Of a stretch of DNA of 64,000 bases, positions 37,645-50,070 are shown one piece after another (the first letter of the stretch is position 1; every line of letters starts with the position of its first letter). The stretch comes from the human T2T-CHM13v2.0 reference genome, Homo sapiens: NCBI RefSeq assembly GCF_009914755.1, contig NC_060926.1; one strand, 5' to 3'. The notes under the pieces are model-generated. The model was given only the letters and a program-made list of their open reading frames with translations. It searched no databases and was not told the DNA's origin. The position numbers were made by a program, and so were the translations under genes.

Positions 37645-39410
37645 AGTACCTGCAGTCACCATACCTCAGTGAGGTACGGTGGCAGGCTGCTTGTAAGAGA
37701 AGGAAGTTAGGAAAGAGACACAGAAGTGGTGGCCTCAGGAGAAAGAGTTGCCACATTTAGGACCCGGTGTCCAGTCAAGGGAATAAGGAGGTGCATTCGA
37801 TGACTGGAGCTAGAGCACTTTAAATGCAGGACTGAAAATCAGAAAGGACGTGTTCTCCCCCGAGAAAGCAGAGAGAGCAGAGCAAAGTGAGAAGAATTGG
37901 GGATGCTTGCCTCATCCAGGTTATAAAAAAAAAAAAAGGCCTCCAGCCTTGGGTGATGGCAATGTTGTTTGTGCTGTTACAATGCAGCAGATTTTACATT
38001 TTGCCCTCTTTGCAAACCTATTAGCGGACACTGCTGAAGTTCCCACACCGGTTTCTAATGCCAAACATTTAGGAGCCACTCTAAATGCGTCACTGCAGTT
38101 GGCCTGAGTGTAAAAGCACACACAAAAACACCCTCACCAAATGATGGGGGTTCTTCATGACCTGTTTGATGCCAGCAATTGTGAGGATTGCTGTGCCCTC
38201 TTTGTACTGGCTGGGCTTACCCCTACAAGTGGCAGCATTGCAGAGATAAGGGCAGCCATTTTTATATCTGCCGTCTAGACTCGTTATCTTCACTCTCATT
38301 AATCTGTCCAGCTCTGGGCTAGAAAGAGATGAATTCCTGGTTTGCCACCTAGATATGCTCCCTGACTCCAAATCATCTCACCCAATTTGCCACTCATCAG
38401 CTCTAAGACAGCCAGTGAGGAACAAAGCTGCAGACGACAGGGGAATGACAGACCGACATAGAATATATTGCCTTTCTTACCCTTCCTCGTGTCCCTGAAC
38501 CCCATGCCCACTCCCTGTACCACAGTTCTAAAAGTATTAAGAGTATTCATGTGCATACACTGGTGCTCTCTGGGGGTGAGGTTTATGTTAATGTAAATCC
38601 AAAGTATTGGAGGAAAGCTGAGAGCCAAACTGAACGACTTTGGATTACAGTCGAATTCGAGTTCTAACCTTCAGGACCCAAGGTAATGCTTATGTTGGTG
38701 AAGTGAAAGCTGTGGATGTTGTTTCGCCTGACTCTCTTTGGGTTGTGGAGACTCACAGCTCCCAGAAAGGCTGGGTAAAGACGTGCCAGCAGCTGCTGCA
38801 GACACTGTTCTGTGTGCACACCGTGTCGGGCCATGACTGACAAGTACAGTGGCTAAGTGCTAAGTGCTTCACTTCCGTAAGAGAATAAGCAGACCAGGGC
38901 ACGTACACTCTCCTTGAAACTGTGCTTACCATGAGGCTTCACAGGCCAGTCATGCTCTCTTGTAAAAAATATATACATAAAATCTCATCTGAGCAGCAGT
39001 GCTCATTTAGCCAAAATAAACACAGGGCTTAGTAACTTGAAGGTAAGAATTTCCAGGGTGCTCCTGGTGGGCCGCTTTGAGGCTAAGCAAAGGCAGTGCA
39101 CAAGTTGCATGGATTAGGCCATGGCTTTCGTCCTGGAGGATGGCAAGCATCTTTGGGAAGAAGAAACCAAGGCTTGGGGAGCAGAGACTTGGCCAATGGA
39201 CACAGTAAAGAGCAGAATCTGAATTGGGAATGGAGAATTTCATTCACCTTGGCACGTTTTACATGGAGATCTGAGTTGGTAACCAGATGAACCTAGTGCC
39301 ATGGGTCTCTTCTTTCTGGCTGAGACCTGTTTGACCACAGCATGCAACTCTGCCTTGAGCAAACTTTTCTGTTTGAGAGAGGAGAGGACTGTGTGTTCCA
39401 TCTAACCTAG

Positions 39411-39841
39411 TGACTCATATACTATTCCTCTTATGGTCAGGACAGCAGGAGTCCTCTCTTGATCAGGGCATAAAATCAGCCTTTTCACTCAAAAAATGGA
39501 AACAGAGAAATCAGGGGGCAGGCAAGGTATGGAAAGTTGATGTTGAAACACTGCCAACCATAGGCATTTACATTGTTATACATTTTTCAAATTAGAGTGT
39601 TTTTCTTTTCCCTTATAAATTAATCATGCAACAAAGGTAATCTCATTCTTTGGGAGCAATCACTGTACAGGTAAATCTTTAGTGAAATACAATAAAAGTG
39701 GCCTTTGGACCTGGAGTTATTAGATGGTCGCAATCTTTTATATTTGGAAGTATCTTTCATTTTCCGCCTCTTACTGATTTCTTGCCATGCAATATTATTT
39801 TAAATTTAAATCATCCTGTGTTTTCTGCTGTGTGTGTGTAT

Positions 39842-39899
<58 letters not shown>

Positions 39900-40600
39900 A
39901 TTGTGTGCCAGGATGTGAGTCAGTAATGAAGAAAAGCCTGGAAGAAAAAGAGATCTGTGTTGAGAAGGGAGAAAGAGAAGAAAGAATGAATAAACTGTGT
40001 TGTCATGTGATTTTTTAAAAAGACCCTTTTTTGTGGTTGTTATGAGTCACATTTTAAACAATGTAGCCTGGGTGTGCATTCTTTTCTTTTCTTTTTTAAA
40101 GCAGTGGCTATAAACATGGTGCCGTCATGTATCTTTTTCTAGGATTTGAGCTTTAACAAATGAAAAACCGTGTGTATAAAGGGGGGAAAAAGAACCGAAA
40201 AGTGGTGTAATTAAGGTGATGGATTATTTCCTCTTACCCAATACTTTCTTTTTTCAATAAAGGAAACAAGAACAATAAAGAAGCCAGTAAAAATATATGA
40301 AGCCCATAATCAGAGTTCTGGGGTTTGTTGACCAGGTGGTTATTTTTAGCAGCTCACCTTGGAGGCAAGAGTTTTTGTTCGTGTTAGAGGCTGTGGTTTC
40401 TGAGCAGAGCACGGGCAGAGAGACGATCTGGTGCCCTACCTGTTAGAGACTCACGGAAATCCCAGCTGGGTGCACCTGTGGAAGGTGGTTGTCAGAGGAA
40501 AGGATTCAGAATGACTGTCCTACGCTAGTGGATGCTAAAAGGAACATCAATGTCTCCCGTTTCAGCTGGGAATGTGGGGTTTATGACTCAGACCATTCCT
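39411..40600. promoter_or_regulatory. Candidate intronic enhancer (AP-1/RUNX/TEAD motif cluster)
   Basis: TGASTCA at 39411, 39916, 40043 and 40584; TGTGGTT at 40032 and 40392; GGAATG/CATTCC flanking 40584. Confidence 0.45.
39829..39900. repeat. Compound (TG)n(TA)n(CA)n microsatellite
   Basis: About 70 bp of nearly uninterrupted alternating purine-pyrimidine sequence. Confidence 0.9.
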
Positions 40601-42103
40601 AAGGTCCAGGGGCCCCATTTCTCGGGTCTCCCTAGGTGCCTTTCTGCAGTTCTCCACAGTTCTCATCCAGACAAAACCAGGAGAAAGTGCACATCCACAG
40701 CTGTCTCTTGGGCATAGAGGGGAGCAGTATTAAGAGAGGCCCATTTTGGGGGTAATGCTGGCTGGCATTTGACTCTATTCCTTAGGCTTTAAGTTCTGTT
40801 TCTTTGGTGCCAACTGGCCAATCTCTGCATTTTGCACCCCCTTCTCTCCTTTCCCATTCCCACCCTCACCCTCTATTGCCTGCCTCCCAAGGCTTTGTCC
40901 ACCAGGGTAAGGTCCCCCATCCCAGGGCCTGGCCTCACATTCCCTTTCTCCCTGGACTCCCTTCCTCCCACGCCTCCTTCTCCTAGAAGCACTTCTGAGA
41001 TGCAGAGAGGGTTAAATGGTGCTTTTGCACATAACCGTCTGATGAAAGGCAGAGAAGTGTTCCTAACCCCTGCCGGGGTTCCAGATAGGCAGCTGTAGTG
41101 TGTGAATCCTCCTCCTTGCCCCCACCCCCTTATGTCTCCAGCTGCCAGATTAAGGCTAGGTGTTGCTGAGCAAGAAAGCATGGAGATCAGATGTGTGAAG
41201 CGGGTAACTGCTTGGCGGCCATCCTTCCCCAGGGGACACAGAGGTGTTCTTTGTGAGGTTCGCTGGAGCATGCCACCTCTCCTGCTACAGAGGCCTGACA
41301 CGTCCCCTCTCCATCAGTTTACCACTCACGTAAACAACTGCCGAGGCCAGCTTATCTATGGGTGGAAGAAAATGTTTTTCACCAACTTTTCTCTCCAAGA
41401 ACACAGGGACAAGACTCAGTTTACAGAAAGTAGCATAAGTGCCACCAAAGAGTGTGAAGCGTCCGAGACTTCAGCCAGTCAGAGATCTGAATTCGGAGGC
41501 ATTTAAAAATGCCTCTAGATGTGGGAGCAATCCACATGGTTTCTGCCAACTTACTGAAAACATCCCGGCGCCTCCCGCCACACCATGCTCATAAGGCAGA
41601 TGGAAAGAGTCGTTTCTCAGGGATGCCTTTGTGCTTGTGCGTCTTTTTTCCAAACACATCAGAGGGCGTGACCACATTCTTCTACTATCTTCTGTAAACT
41701 TCTCTAGAGGAGCCAACCTTTTTCGTTTGTTTAATCTCACAAATTAAATAAACCTTTATGTGAAATGTTCCTTCACCAGCACTTCATTTTTAACCTGTAC
41801 AGAAAGGACTGTGCAGACAGGCCAGTCCTAAAACAATTCTGACATGCAATGAGCCTTTTTTGAAAGAGAAAGAGAGAAGGCTTACCCTTGGTGTCTTTCA
41901 AAACACTTCTTCTGGAAACCTGGGTGACTCCCCCAGGTCCAGATGATATTTCATAAAGCAGCTATAGTATATGCTTTCTCATTTCAGAGATTCAGTGAGA
42001 AACTGACTTGACTGAGACACGCCAATCCTCAGACAGGTTCAGACAGAAATAGGAGGCAGAAAGGAAGAGGACTGTTTCCTCTTCCCTCCCTACTTGGTTA
42101 GAG

Positions 42104-42327
42104 CAAGGAATCTGCAAACTTGTTCTGTAAAGGCCAGATAGTAAATATCTTGGGTTTTACAGGACATACAGTCTCTGTTGCAAGTATTCAGCTCTGCCAT
42201 TGTGGCATAAAAGCATCCATAAGCAATATGTAAACAAATGAGGGTGTCTGTGTTCCAACAAAAATTGATTTACACAAACAGGCAGTGGGCTGGATTTGGC
42301 CCATAGGCCACAGTGAGCTGACCCCTG
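42104..42327 (+). mobile_element. MER58A hAT-Charlie MITE with intact 8-bp target-site duplication
   Basis: CAAGGAATCTGCAAACT...TGTAAAGGCCAGATAGTAAATAT...GCTGACCCCTG; GGTTAGAG at both 42096-42103 and 42328-42335. Confidence 0.85.
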
Positions 42328-45300
42328 GGTTAGAGCACAGGCTGGGATTTTGTCCACCTGGTTCTAGCCGTGACTCTGACACTTGCTAGCAGGGTACAGT
42401 TCCTCAGGGGACCCTGGGCCATCTCTTGGGTTTCACTGAATGCTTCTCTGCCCTTCTCCACAATTATCCTCCAAGTGAAACCAGGAGAAAATCACTTGTC
42501 CTCTCAAGTACTCAGGTCTCCCTTTGGAGGGTCATGAGGAATAAACAAAATTGATTCATGTGAAGCCCGTAGACCAATGGTTAATACACAGGAAATGTCC
42601 ACTCAGGGTGGCCGTTGTTACAGACACGTTTCCCAATTGCATAGTGACCCTATTTGCAGATAGGAATGACCGGAACACTACCTCATGTGTAACTGTTTTT
42701 CTTATTTTCTCCCATGCCTGGTTTCTCAAACTTTATTGTTTCTCAAAATTCAAATTCTTTGTGTTTGCATTGCTTTTCTCCAGGGGGCTCAGAATTTTTA
42801 CAGATGGGAGCCTGTGCAACCTTGCAAATGCACTTGGAGTTCAGTTATTGACTATTTAAGTATCTGTTTCTGATTATCTCACACAATGGGAAAACTTTGT
42901 AGAGAATCTGGGGTGGGAATTAATGAAAAATAGTTCAGGAATTGAAAGTGTTTTCCAGGTGAAAAAAGACATGTGAGTAAGCGGTAGAAATTAGATCAAT
43001 CAAAGGGAAAATTCAGGTCAACAGATCAACCAACTCCAGGCAAGGTTGAATTCTCACCTACACTTTCACCCACCTAGCCCAGGCTCCTTTTTTGTCAAGC
43101 AATGGCTCGATCACCCCCAGATGGCTGAAGGGGCAAGTGAAGCTAAAATTGCACAACTCAGCAATTCGGGCATCTGGTGCAGGTGACATCTGCCTAAAGT
43201 GGGCACCTTTTTCTAATTTCCCATAGAGGTGCCACATGAGCTAGCAAAATCTCTAGCACTTTCTGAAAATAACTCTCCAGGGAAGTACCAGTAGGTCATC
43301 AACATTTTCCAGGGAGTCTGAACATTGGTCCAAATATATTCCCCTATGCCATCCGTCCATTTATCCATCCACCTATCTATTCATCCATCCATCTGGCATT
43401 CATTGGATTGCTGATGTTGTCTGGGAAGGTGCTTTGGGTATGGATTTAACCCCTATTGATTTATCGTCTTCCTTTTCTCTAGTTGGCAAACCACAGCCTC
43501 ATTAGCATACAGCTCTCCAAGGCTGGAACAGGGCCAGATTCTAAACCAGCACACTCCACCTGCCTTTGGAGTTGAGTCTTTTTAGCTAGTGAATGTTCTG
43601 AGAAACTTCTAGCCCCCAGCTGCAAGTCAACCAAGAGTTGCTTGTAGGGGATCAGGAAGGGTTTGCTAGTCATATCCTCTCTTTTCTAACATTAACGTTA
43701 TTTCTAACCTCTTGACATTAAAACATGAATTCACATAGTACTATTTCTCATTTCTCCAAACAAATGCCCAAAGAAAATGTTTAAGGAGCCAGTATAATGT
43801 CCCCCAAGTAGCTTTTGTCACTGAAGTTTTCTACATGTTGATAATTTCAGGGGAGAGAAGGATAAGTAGAGAAGGAGAAGAGGGTCTTACTTAAAGTGGA
43901 GTTTGTCTTTCAAGTAGAGCAGGATTCTGAGAGACTATGTCTGTGTCTCTGATTCTAAATATGTAATCCATGTACTAGGATTTCACCTTCCTCCAGCAGG
44001 TCCCCTTGATTCTCTCCATTGTGCCCTAACATTGTCTCTTATCGTAAGAAACACTGTAAGAGAAACATGAAGGCTTCATCCTTCTCCAGCCTGAGCACTT
44101 TAAGCCATAGGTTGTGTATTTTGTGTTGGAAACCAGCATTTTGGCTGAAGGAAAGCAGACTTTTGAACAAAGATGATGTAGTGATGGAGGGAATGTGGGT
44201 AGTTGTGACCATGTTCTGCTTGACAAAAATTTCTGCTCCCACCTCTGTGGTCTGGTCAGGTACTTCTTTAGAGGGAAAGCTAATCCCTGAGGATTTATCA
44301 CCTCCCTTTTCTTGATGGGTGAGCTGCAGCCTCATTAGGGGATGGCCCTCACTGTGGAGCCACATGAAAATCAGAGACAAACCCCAGGACACCCTTTGGG
44401 GAGAGAAGGGATGTCTCTGAGGAACTCTGGGGGCATCCCTTAACACTTTGATGTTTCCTGTGCATTTTTGTAAGCTCATATCGAAAATCCAGCAGCAGGA
44501 TGGTTGCCAGGCAGCAGATCCTCTTGGTGACCTGAATAATGAATTGACACCAGTTGACTGTGACTTGCAAGCTGGCCACTTCAAGGAGCCATTTCCAGCA
44601 CCTTGCTTTCTCTTCCTCTCTTTCTATGCATAATTTCCACCATGGCCACAAATATGAGAGAGAGAGAGGCCTTTCTCAGCTATGGTAATGAAACTAGTAA
44701 AAGACAGAATTAGTTTGGGGACAAAGACAAAGAGGGCAGGCAATAAGGTGGGAGAAGAGGAAGATGTATAAAGGGACATTCAGGGGATCCTGGGATTCTG
44801 GGGTCATTTCTACCCCAGGGGTTGTGGATGTGGCTGTCAAGGTGTGTGCAGAGCAACACATCCTTGTCAAAGCTCTGCCAATGTTGTGGGACTTCTGGTC
44901 ACCCAAGAGGTGCCAATGAACCTGCACCCTAGCGGAAGGGGATTCATACAGCAGGAGAAAGCAGTGATTAAGAGCTAAGAAGTTGAGCAGGCTTTGAAAT
45001 ATTTTCCAAGAAAAATGTTCTCATTTTTCTATCACTTCTGAGAAGACATTAGAAGGTCTGACCCACCTCCCACCTATTCCCCAGATCAAAGAGAGGAGTT
45101 CTGATGTTCAGGCTGCAGGAATTAGAGAACACAGACTCAGAAATAGGAGTCTTAGCCTCAGTTCAGTGTTTGATTCACCAAGCATTTATTGAGTGCCTTC
45201 TTTGTATAAACCCTTAGGTATGGATGAGAGCAAGTTCCTCATGATGAGAGTGAGTTCCTCTGCTTAAGGAGCTCTGAATCTTAGGGTGGGTAGTGTAAGG

Positions 45301-46244
45301 AGGCATGAAAATAGAAATGAGCCCCGTTTGCATCTTGAGCAGAGGGGGACCACCCTCTGCTCACAGGGTAGGACCACTAATGCATGAAGGAGCCCGCAGC
45401 ACTTCCCACCCATGGCTCCCCTGCTGGGGCACCCCATGAGTAGAGAGGATGCATCTTTCCAGCTTAATGCAAACAGCTAGGGAGGCATTTTTCATAGGAG
45501 AAGCATATATCATTTTTCAGAAGTAAAGATCATGTCTGGTTTTGGCAAGCTCAAAAGCTCCTAGTCCCTTTCTGGGCCAGATTCTCATCTGATGTAAATC
45601 TTTGGGAGAATCAAGTTGTAACACTGCTTTGCATCAAGTGGGACTCCAGCCAGTCTTTCCCCAGAGTTACCCTGGGCTTAAATCTACTACATCATCTCCA
45701 TAGCAACCGGCAGCGGCCAGTGAACGTGGTTGCCTTCTAAATACTCTGCCAGCTTCTCTTCCCTGCTCTGTCTTTTCTGTCATTAAGAATGATTTCCCTC
45801 CCTCTCTCTCTCACTCACTCACTCTCGCTCTCACATACCCTCTGTCATTTTGTGCCCACATTTTTTTTGTTGCAACTTCCCTTCCAATCTGCTTTTAAAA
45901 ATCCTCCATCCAATTAAAAAATGAGGATGCATTAGTCATGACTTAACAGTGGTGATTGACCTGTCTAGGCAAGACCAGGCTAATTTCAATGGGCACAGAA
46001 GCCTTGGCAAGCCAAAGTGGAATTTACCTTCAAGTCTAGCCAGCTTAATTAATACATTGTTGCTGAGAATGCTGGCCAGCCAGACCAAATATGGTGTTTC
46101 CACCACTCAGGAAATCTGCCTCACTGAATCCCGGAAGTCATGTCAGCATCATTTACTTGTATGTATTTGTGTATGTGTATGTGTGTGTGTGAGAGAGAGA
46201 GGGAGATGGAGGGAGAAAGAATTAGAACACTTCCATATATTATA

Positions 46245-46460
46245 AAGTGATTGTGGTTGAACAGAAAGAAAAGAGATGTGTAATTCTACCATTCTTGGTT
46301 GAATCCCATACTTACTATTTAACTAGCTGTATAACCACTTAACTTAACCTCTCTCCACCTCTGTTTCCTCATCTGTAAAATGGGTCTGACAATAGCTACC
46401 TCCCAAGGGGGTAAGTAGGAAATAATGCAATCGTTGAGAAGTGCTTGGCAGGTGCTAAGG
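46245..46460 (+). mobile_element. MIR upstream of exon 16b
   Basis: ACTTAACCTCTCT...CCTCTGTTTCCTCATCTGTAAAATGGG core. Confidence 0.75.
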
Positions 46461-46592
46461 ACTGAGTACCACCTTAGTCCCCCAGACCCTTCCCTGTATG
46501 TCCCAAAGCATGTGTGTGTTTCTTTCTTTTTTTAAATTAGTCTTTTGATTAGTCTGCATGCTCTCAGCCTAGCAACACTCTTCTGTGTCTCT

Positions 46593-46606
46593 CCACCAGG
46601 GGGCAC
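46593..46606 (+). promoter_or_regulatory. Candidate CTCF site overlapping the exon 16b acceptor
   Basis: CCACCAGGGGGCAC matches 13 of 14 positions of the canonical CCACCAGGGGGCGC; motif match only. Confidence 0.6.
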
Positions 46607-46880
46607 CCTCCTGCCAGGGACCGAGCCCACAGTGGACACGGTGCCCATGCAGCCCATCCCAGCCTACTGGTATTACGTAATGGCCGCCGGGGGCGCCGTG
46701 CTGGTGCTGGTCTCCGTCGCGCTGGCCCTGGTGCTCCACTACCACCGGTTCCGCTATGCGGCCAAGAAGACCGATCACTCCATCACCTACAAAACCTCCC
46801 ACTACACCAACGGGGCCCCTCTGGCGGTGGAGCCCACCCTAACCATTAAGCTAGAGCAAGACCGTGGCTCGCACTGCTGA
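46600..46880 (+). CDS. NRP2: NRP2 exon 16b coding part: NRP2b juxtamembrane, transmembrane helix and cytoplasmic tail (no SEA PDZ motif)
   Basis: ctccaccag|GGGGC; encodes (G)GTLLPGTEPTVDTVPMQPIPAYWYYVMAAGGAVLVLVSVALALVLHYHRFRY...EQDRGSHC-TGA; hydrophobic helix followed by basic residues; phase 1 matches exon 15. Confidence 0.95.
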
Positions 46881-49800
46881 GGGCCGAAGCAAGAACAGCA
46901 CCCAAAACAAACGAGAAAGACTGCAAACATGTTGCCTCGATTTTGCACTTTTTTCTCCTCGCCTAGTTTCTGTGTGAACTCTCAGACATCTCTTTCCCGG
47001 ATCCCCAACCCTGAGCACTCTTATCAATCCCAACCATCCTCCTTGGGTTCATTTTGGTTTCTGGTTTTTCTTTTTCCTTTTTGTTGATTCCAAACCAACA
47101 AACCCAACTCTAATGCTGCATCTTGGACTATCCGAAGAGATCCACCCCCAAGCACTCCACAACTCAAGGCTCAGCTGGTTTTGTTCCAGAGACTGGTTCG
47201 CTTGTTTTTTCCCCTTGCCTTATCCCATACCTCCTCTCAGTGGGCAGTCTGCCAGGAGACGTGAGGGGAAGCCTGGATCTGTGTGTATGTACATAGTAGA
47301 CATGTGTGTGTGTGAATAGCTCTCTGTGTGTGGGTGTGTGAGAGAGCGGCTGGTTCATTGTGTGTGTGTTTGGGCGAGGGGTGAGTGTTCAGAGAGGGCC
47401 CCTTTAACTCTTATGTTACTTCTCCTGGGGTACATTTTACAAGAAAATAATATACTGTACAAGTTTTGTTTACTTGGAGAAGAGATTGAAGCTTTTTGTT
47501 GCCTTATCTAGCTCTGGCTGGGTTTCTGTTGGCTGTCATTGTCATCTCCAGGTACCTAAAGAAATAGAGGCCACATGGGATGCAGTGTGGCTTCTCCCAT
47601 CCCTATCCCCAACCCACCTGACCCAAGAGAAGGTTCCCCTAGCACACTCAAACAAGACCCCCTTGTCTTCTGGTGTCTTTGAAATGTCAAGATAACAGCC
47701 ACTGGGTGTCTGCGGAACCACCTCTCCAGCCCTAAAGCAAATCTGTCTCATGTTGCCTTATAAAAGAGAAGCTCATAATGAATGTTTAGCCTTTATCAGT
47801 TACATCCAATCTTGGAATAAGTCATAGAGAATAACAAGTCTGGGACTGACGTAGGAAAAACAGTAGTCTGTTTAAGTTGAGAGGAGGAGGAGGTGGACGA
47901 GAGAAGGGAGGAGAGGGAAGAACTGAAATGTCTCCTCACCCAGGGTGGTTATTGGGCCCAACTTGGGATGGGGTTGAGTACGAAGGTTAAAAAACATATA
48001 CTTTGGTATTATATTGGTCATTGTAATAGCAGTTGTAAAATATGGGGGGAAAAGGGATCATTTGCTTTCCTTTCATGGTGTTAATGTGTGCCTGAATCTA
48101 TAGCCGCTAAAATGTAAGGCTGTCCACCTGACTTATTTAAATATTATCAGAGAATAGAAAGTAATCACTTTTTAAGTGTACCTATGTGCTGCCCCTTAAA
48201 ACATTCATGGCATCTGGCAAATAGACCCTTGTAGGCTGGCCTGGCATATTCAGATGTTGCCGCATCATCACAGAGAAGGTCAAATGAAGATGTAACCATT
48301 GCTGCTCATGTGTCTTCTCTAAGCAACAAGGGGAGCGGGATGTAAGAGAGAAGTTGCTAATGATACTGTACAAAGGATGGATTAAATAATGAAGTCAATT
48401 TCATTGATAGAAAATGCAAATTTTAAGATTCTCAGTGTATGAGGTCTCAGCCTCGGGAGCATTTATTTTTTACTTTCCTGCTAAAAATCCACTGGGGAGG
48501 TATAAAATTCACTCCAAAGAAGTTTGCCTGGGCCAAAAGCCTCCAGGTTCCTTCTGAGAACAAAATACTAATGATTTTTTTTTTTTTTTGGCTGCTTGGG
48601 AGAGACTTTCAGCATTCTTTCACGATATCCAGATATGTCCCTTCAGCACACACACTCAACTTTCTCATCTGGTTCGTTTCATCCTCCCGAAAGAACGGTG
48701 CTCTCCCACTCTTACTCTATTTCAAAGAGCTACTCTGTCTCAACCACAGCAGCCCTGCCAAGAAAAGGCAAGATGAAAGGCTAGAGCATGTGCTACCTTG
48801 AGATTTCAAGAAGTGTCCTACCTCAGCTGAAGATGGAGAAACGGGGAGTGGAGAGGGGATCAGCCCAGGGTACCATGTGATGACTAATATGCCACTCATT
48901 AAGGGCTTTTACCTCGGCTGTCCACATCCAGTCATGCATTTGGGGCCAGGCATGCCTGCGAAATGATTGACATTCCTGTAGGTGCCCCATAGAGGTGTGG
49001 CATTGAGAAATTATGTCTGGAAAATACAGCCAGTGTAGTGACCAGCTGAGTTACCATATACCCTGATGATTCCCCTTCTGTAACAGAAGGTGACAACAAC
49101 TTTGTGAACTTTCTATATCTTTATCTGATGCCCCAAGTGGCATCATCTTTATGTACATGCCTTAGTTGAGAATATGAGACTGCTCTAATCTTTGTGAATG
49201 CCTTCACACTTCAGCTGAGGATGTCACCTTCTCTGTCACTCCCCATCCTGCAACCTCTGCCTTTGCTCTGTCTACCCCAGCAATTTTCATAGTGTTATCC
49301 AGGTACTGTGCTAAAAGGTCAGCTCTTCTGTAAAATGCCATGCTTCGCAGCTTCAAAAAGCAAAATTCTGTATTTCATGGAGGGAGGGAAGGGTCATTCT
49401 CTTCTAAGAAAAATAGACTGGACAGGCGAATGCATGCATGCATGTGTTTAGAGTTGCTTCTCAGAAGACAAAGAGATGATAGCAACTATTAAAATATGAA
49501 TGAATGAATGAGTGAATGAGTTGAAGGCCTAGCTCGGGCTGATAAAGCTTTTGCCTTAGTAGAGGTTTTATGTCAACACCTTCAGGAGGGAAGCCCTTAT
49601 TTCTGGGTTGAACTCCCCTTCCATGATATTATGCTAGCAATTGCCATCACTTAGTTCCTGGCGAAGGCAGAAAAAGAAAACAAAAAATCAGCATTGTCAT
49701 TGACAAAACTGGATGCTGAAGATAAAGTAAAATTGTCTTTTCCCTTGTCCCACATTTTTGGGATTAAAGCCAGAATTGAATAGGAAATACAGTACTATTT

Positions 49801-50070
49801 CTGAAGTTGATAGCCGATCTTTAAGAAGACCCTGTCTTTAAAATGAAACTAGCAGGCAAACACCTAAATAATCGAAAATTACCAAAGAACAACAACGAAA
49901 CAAGAAAACCTAAAGATTTTTACTTCCTATTCTTATTCCTTTCCTTATTACTGTGACACCCCTTGCATTGCTCAGTTGCCTGTGTGTCAAAATAACTTGT
50001 GGACGTTGGAAATTATTTGAAAATGTATTGTGTGGAATGTAATAAAATGATGATATTTTTATACAAACAT
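46881..50070 (+). other. NRP2: NRP2b 3' UTR; long form inferred, with a possible shorter end near 47470-47500
   Basis: Follows the 16b stop. Variant AATATA at 47449-47454; canonical AATAAA at 50041-50046 with upstream TGTA and a downstream GT/T-rich tract. The true ends need transcript data. Confidence 0.55.
50041..50046 (+). terminator. Candidate distal poly(A) signal of NRP2b
   Basis: aaaTGTAttgtgtggaaTGTAATAAAatgatgatatttttatacaaacatgtgaggttttttttccc: UGUA, hexamer, CA and U-rich downstream element in the usual order. Confidence 0.65.

Noticed and set aside
44039-44584. 181-aa minus-strand ORF
   Set aside because: No recognisable domain, non-ATG start in the track, no splice or promoter support; expected by chance in 64 kb
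46860-46880. NRP2b C-terminal Cys (GSHC) as a prenylation signal
   Set aside because: The Cys is terminal rather than at -4, so it fits neither CaaX nor CC/CXC
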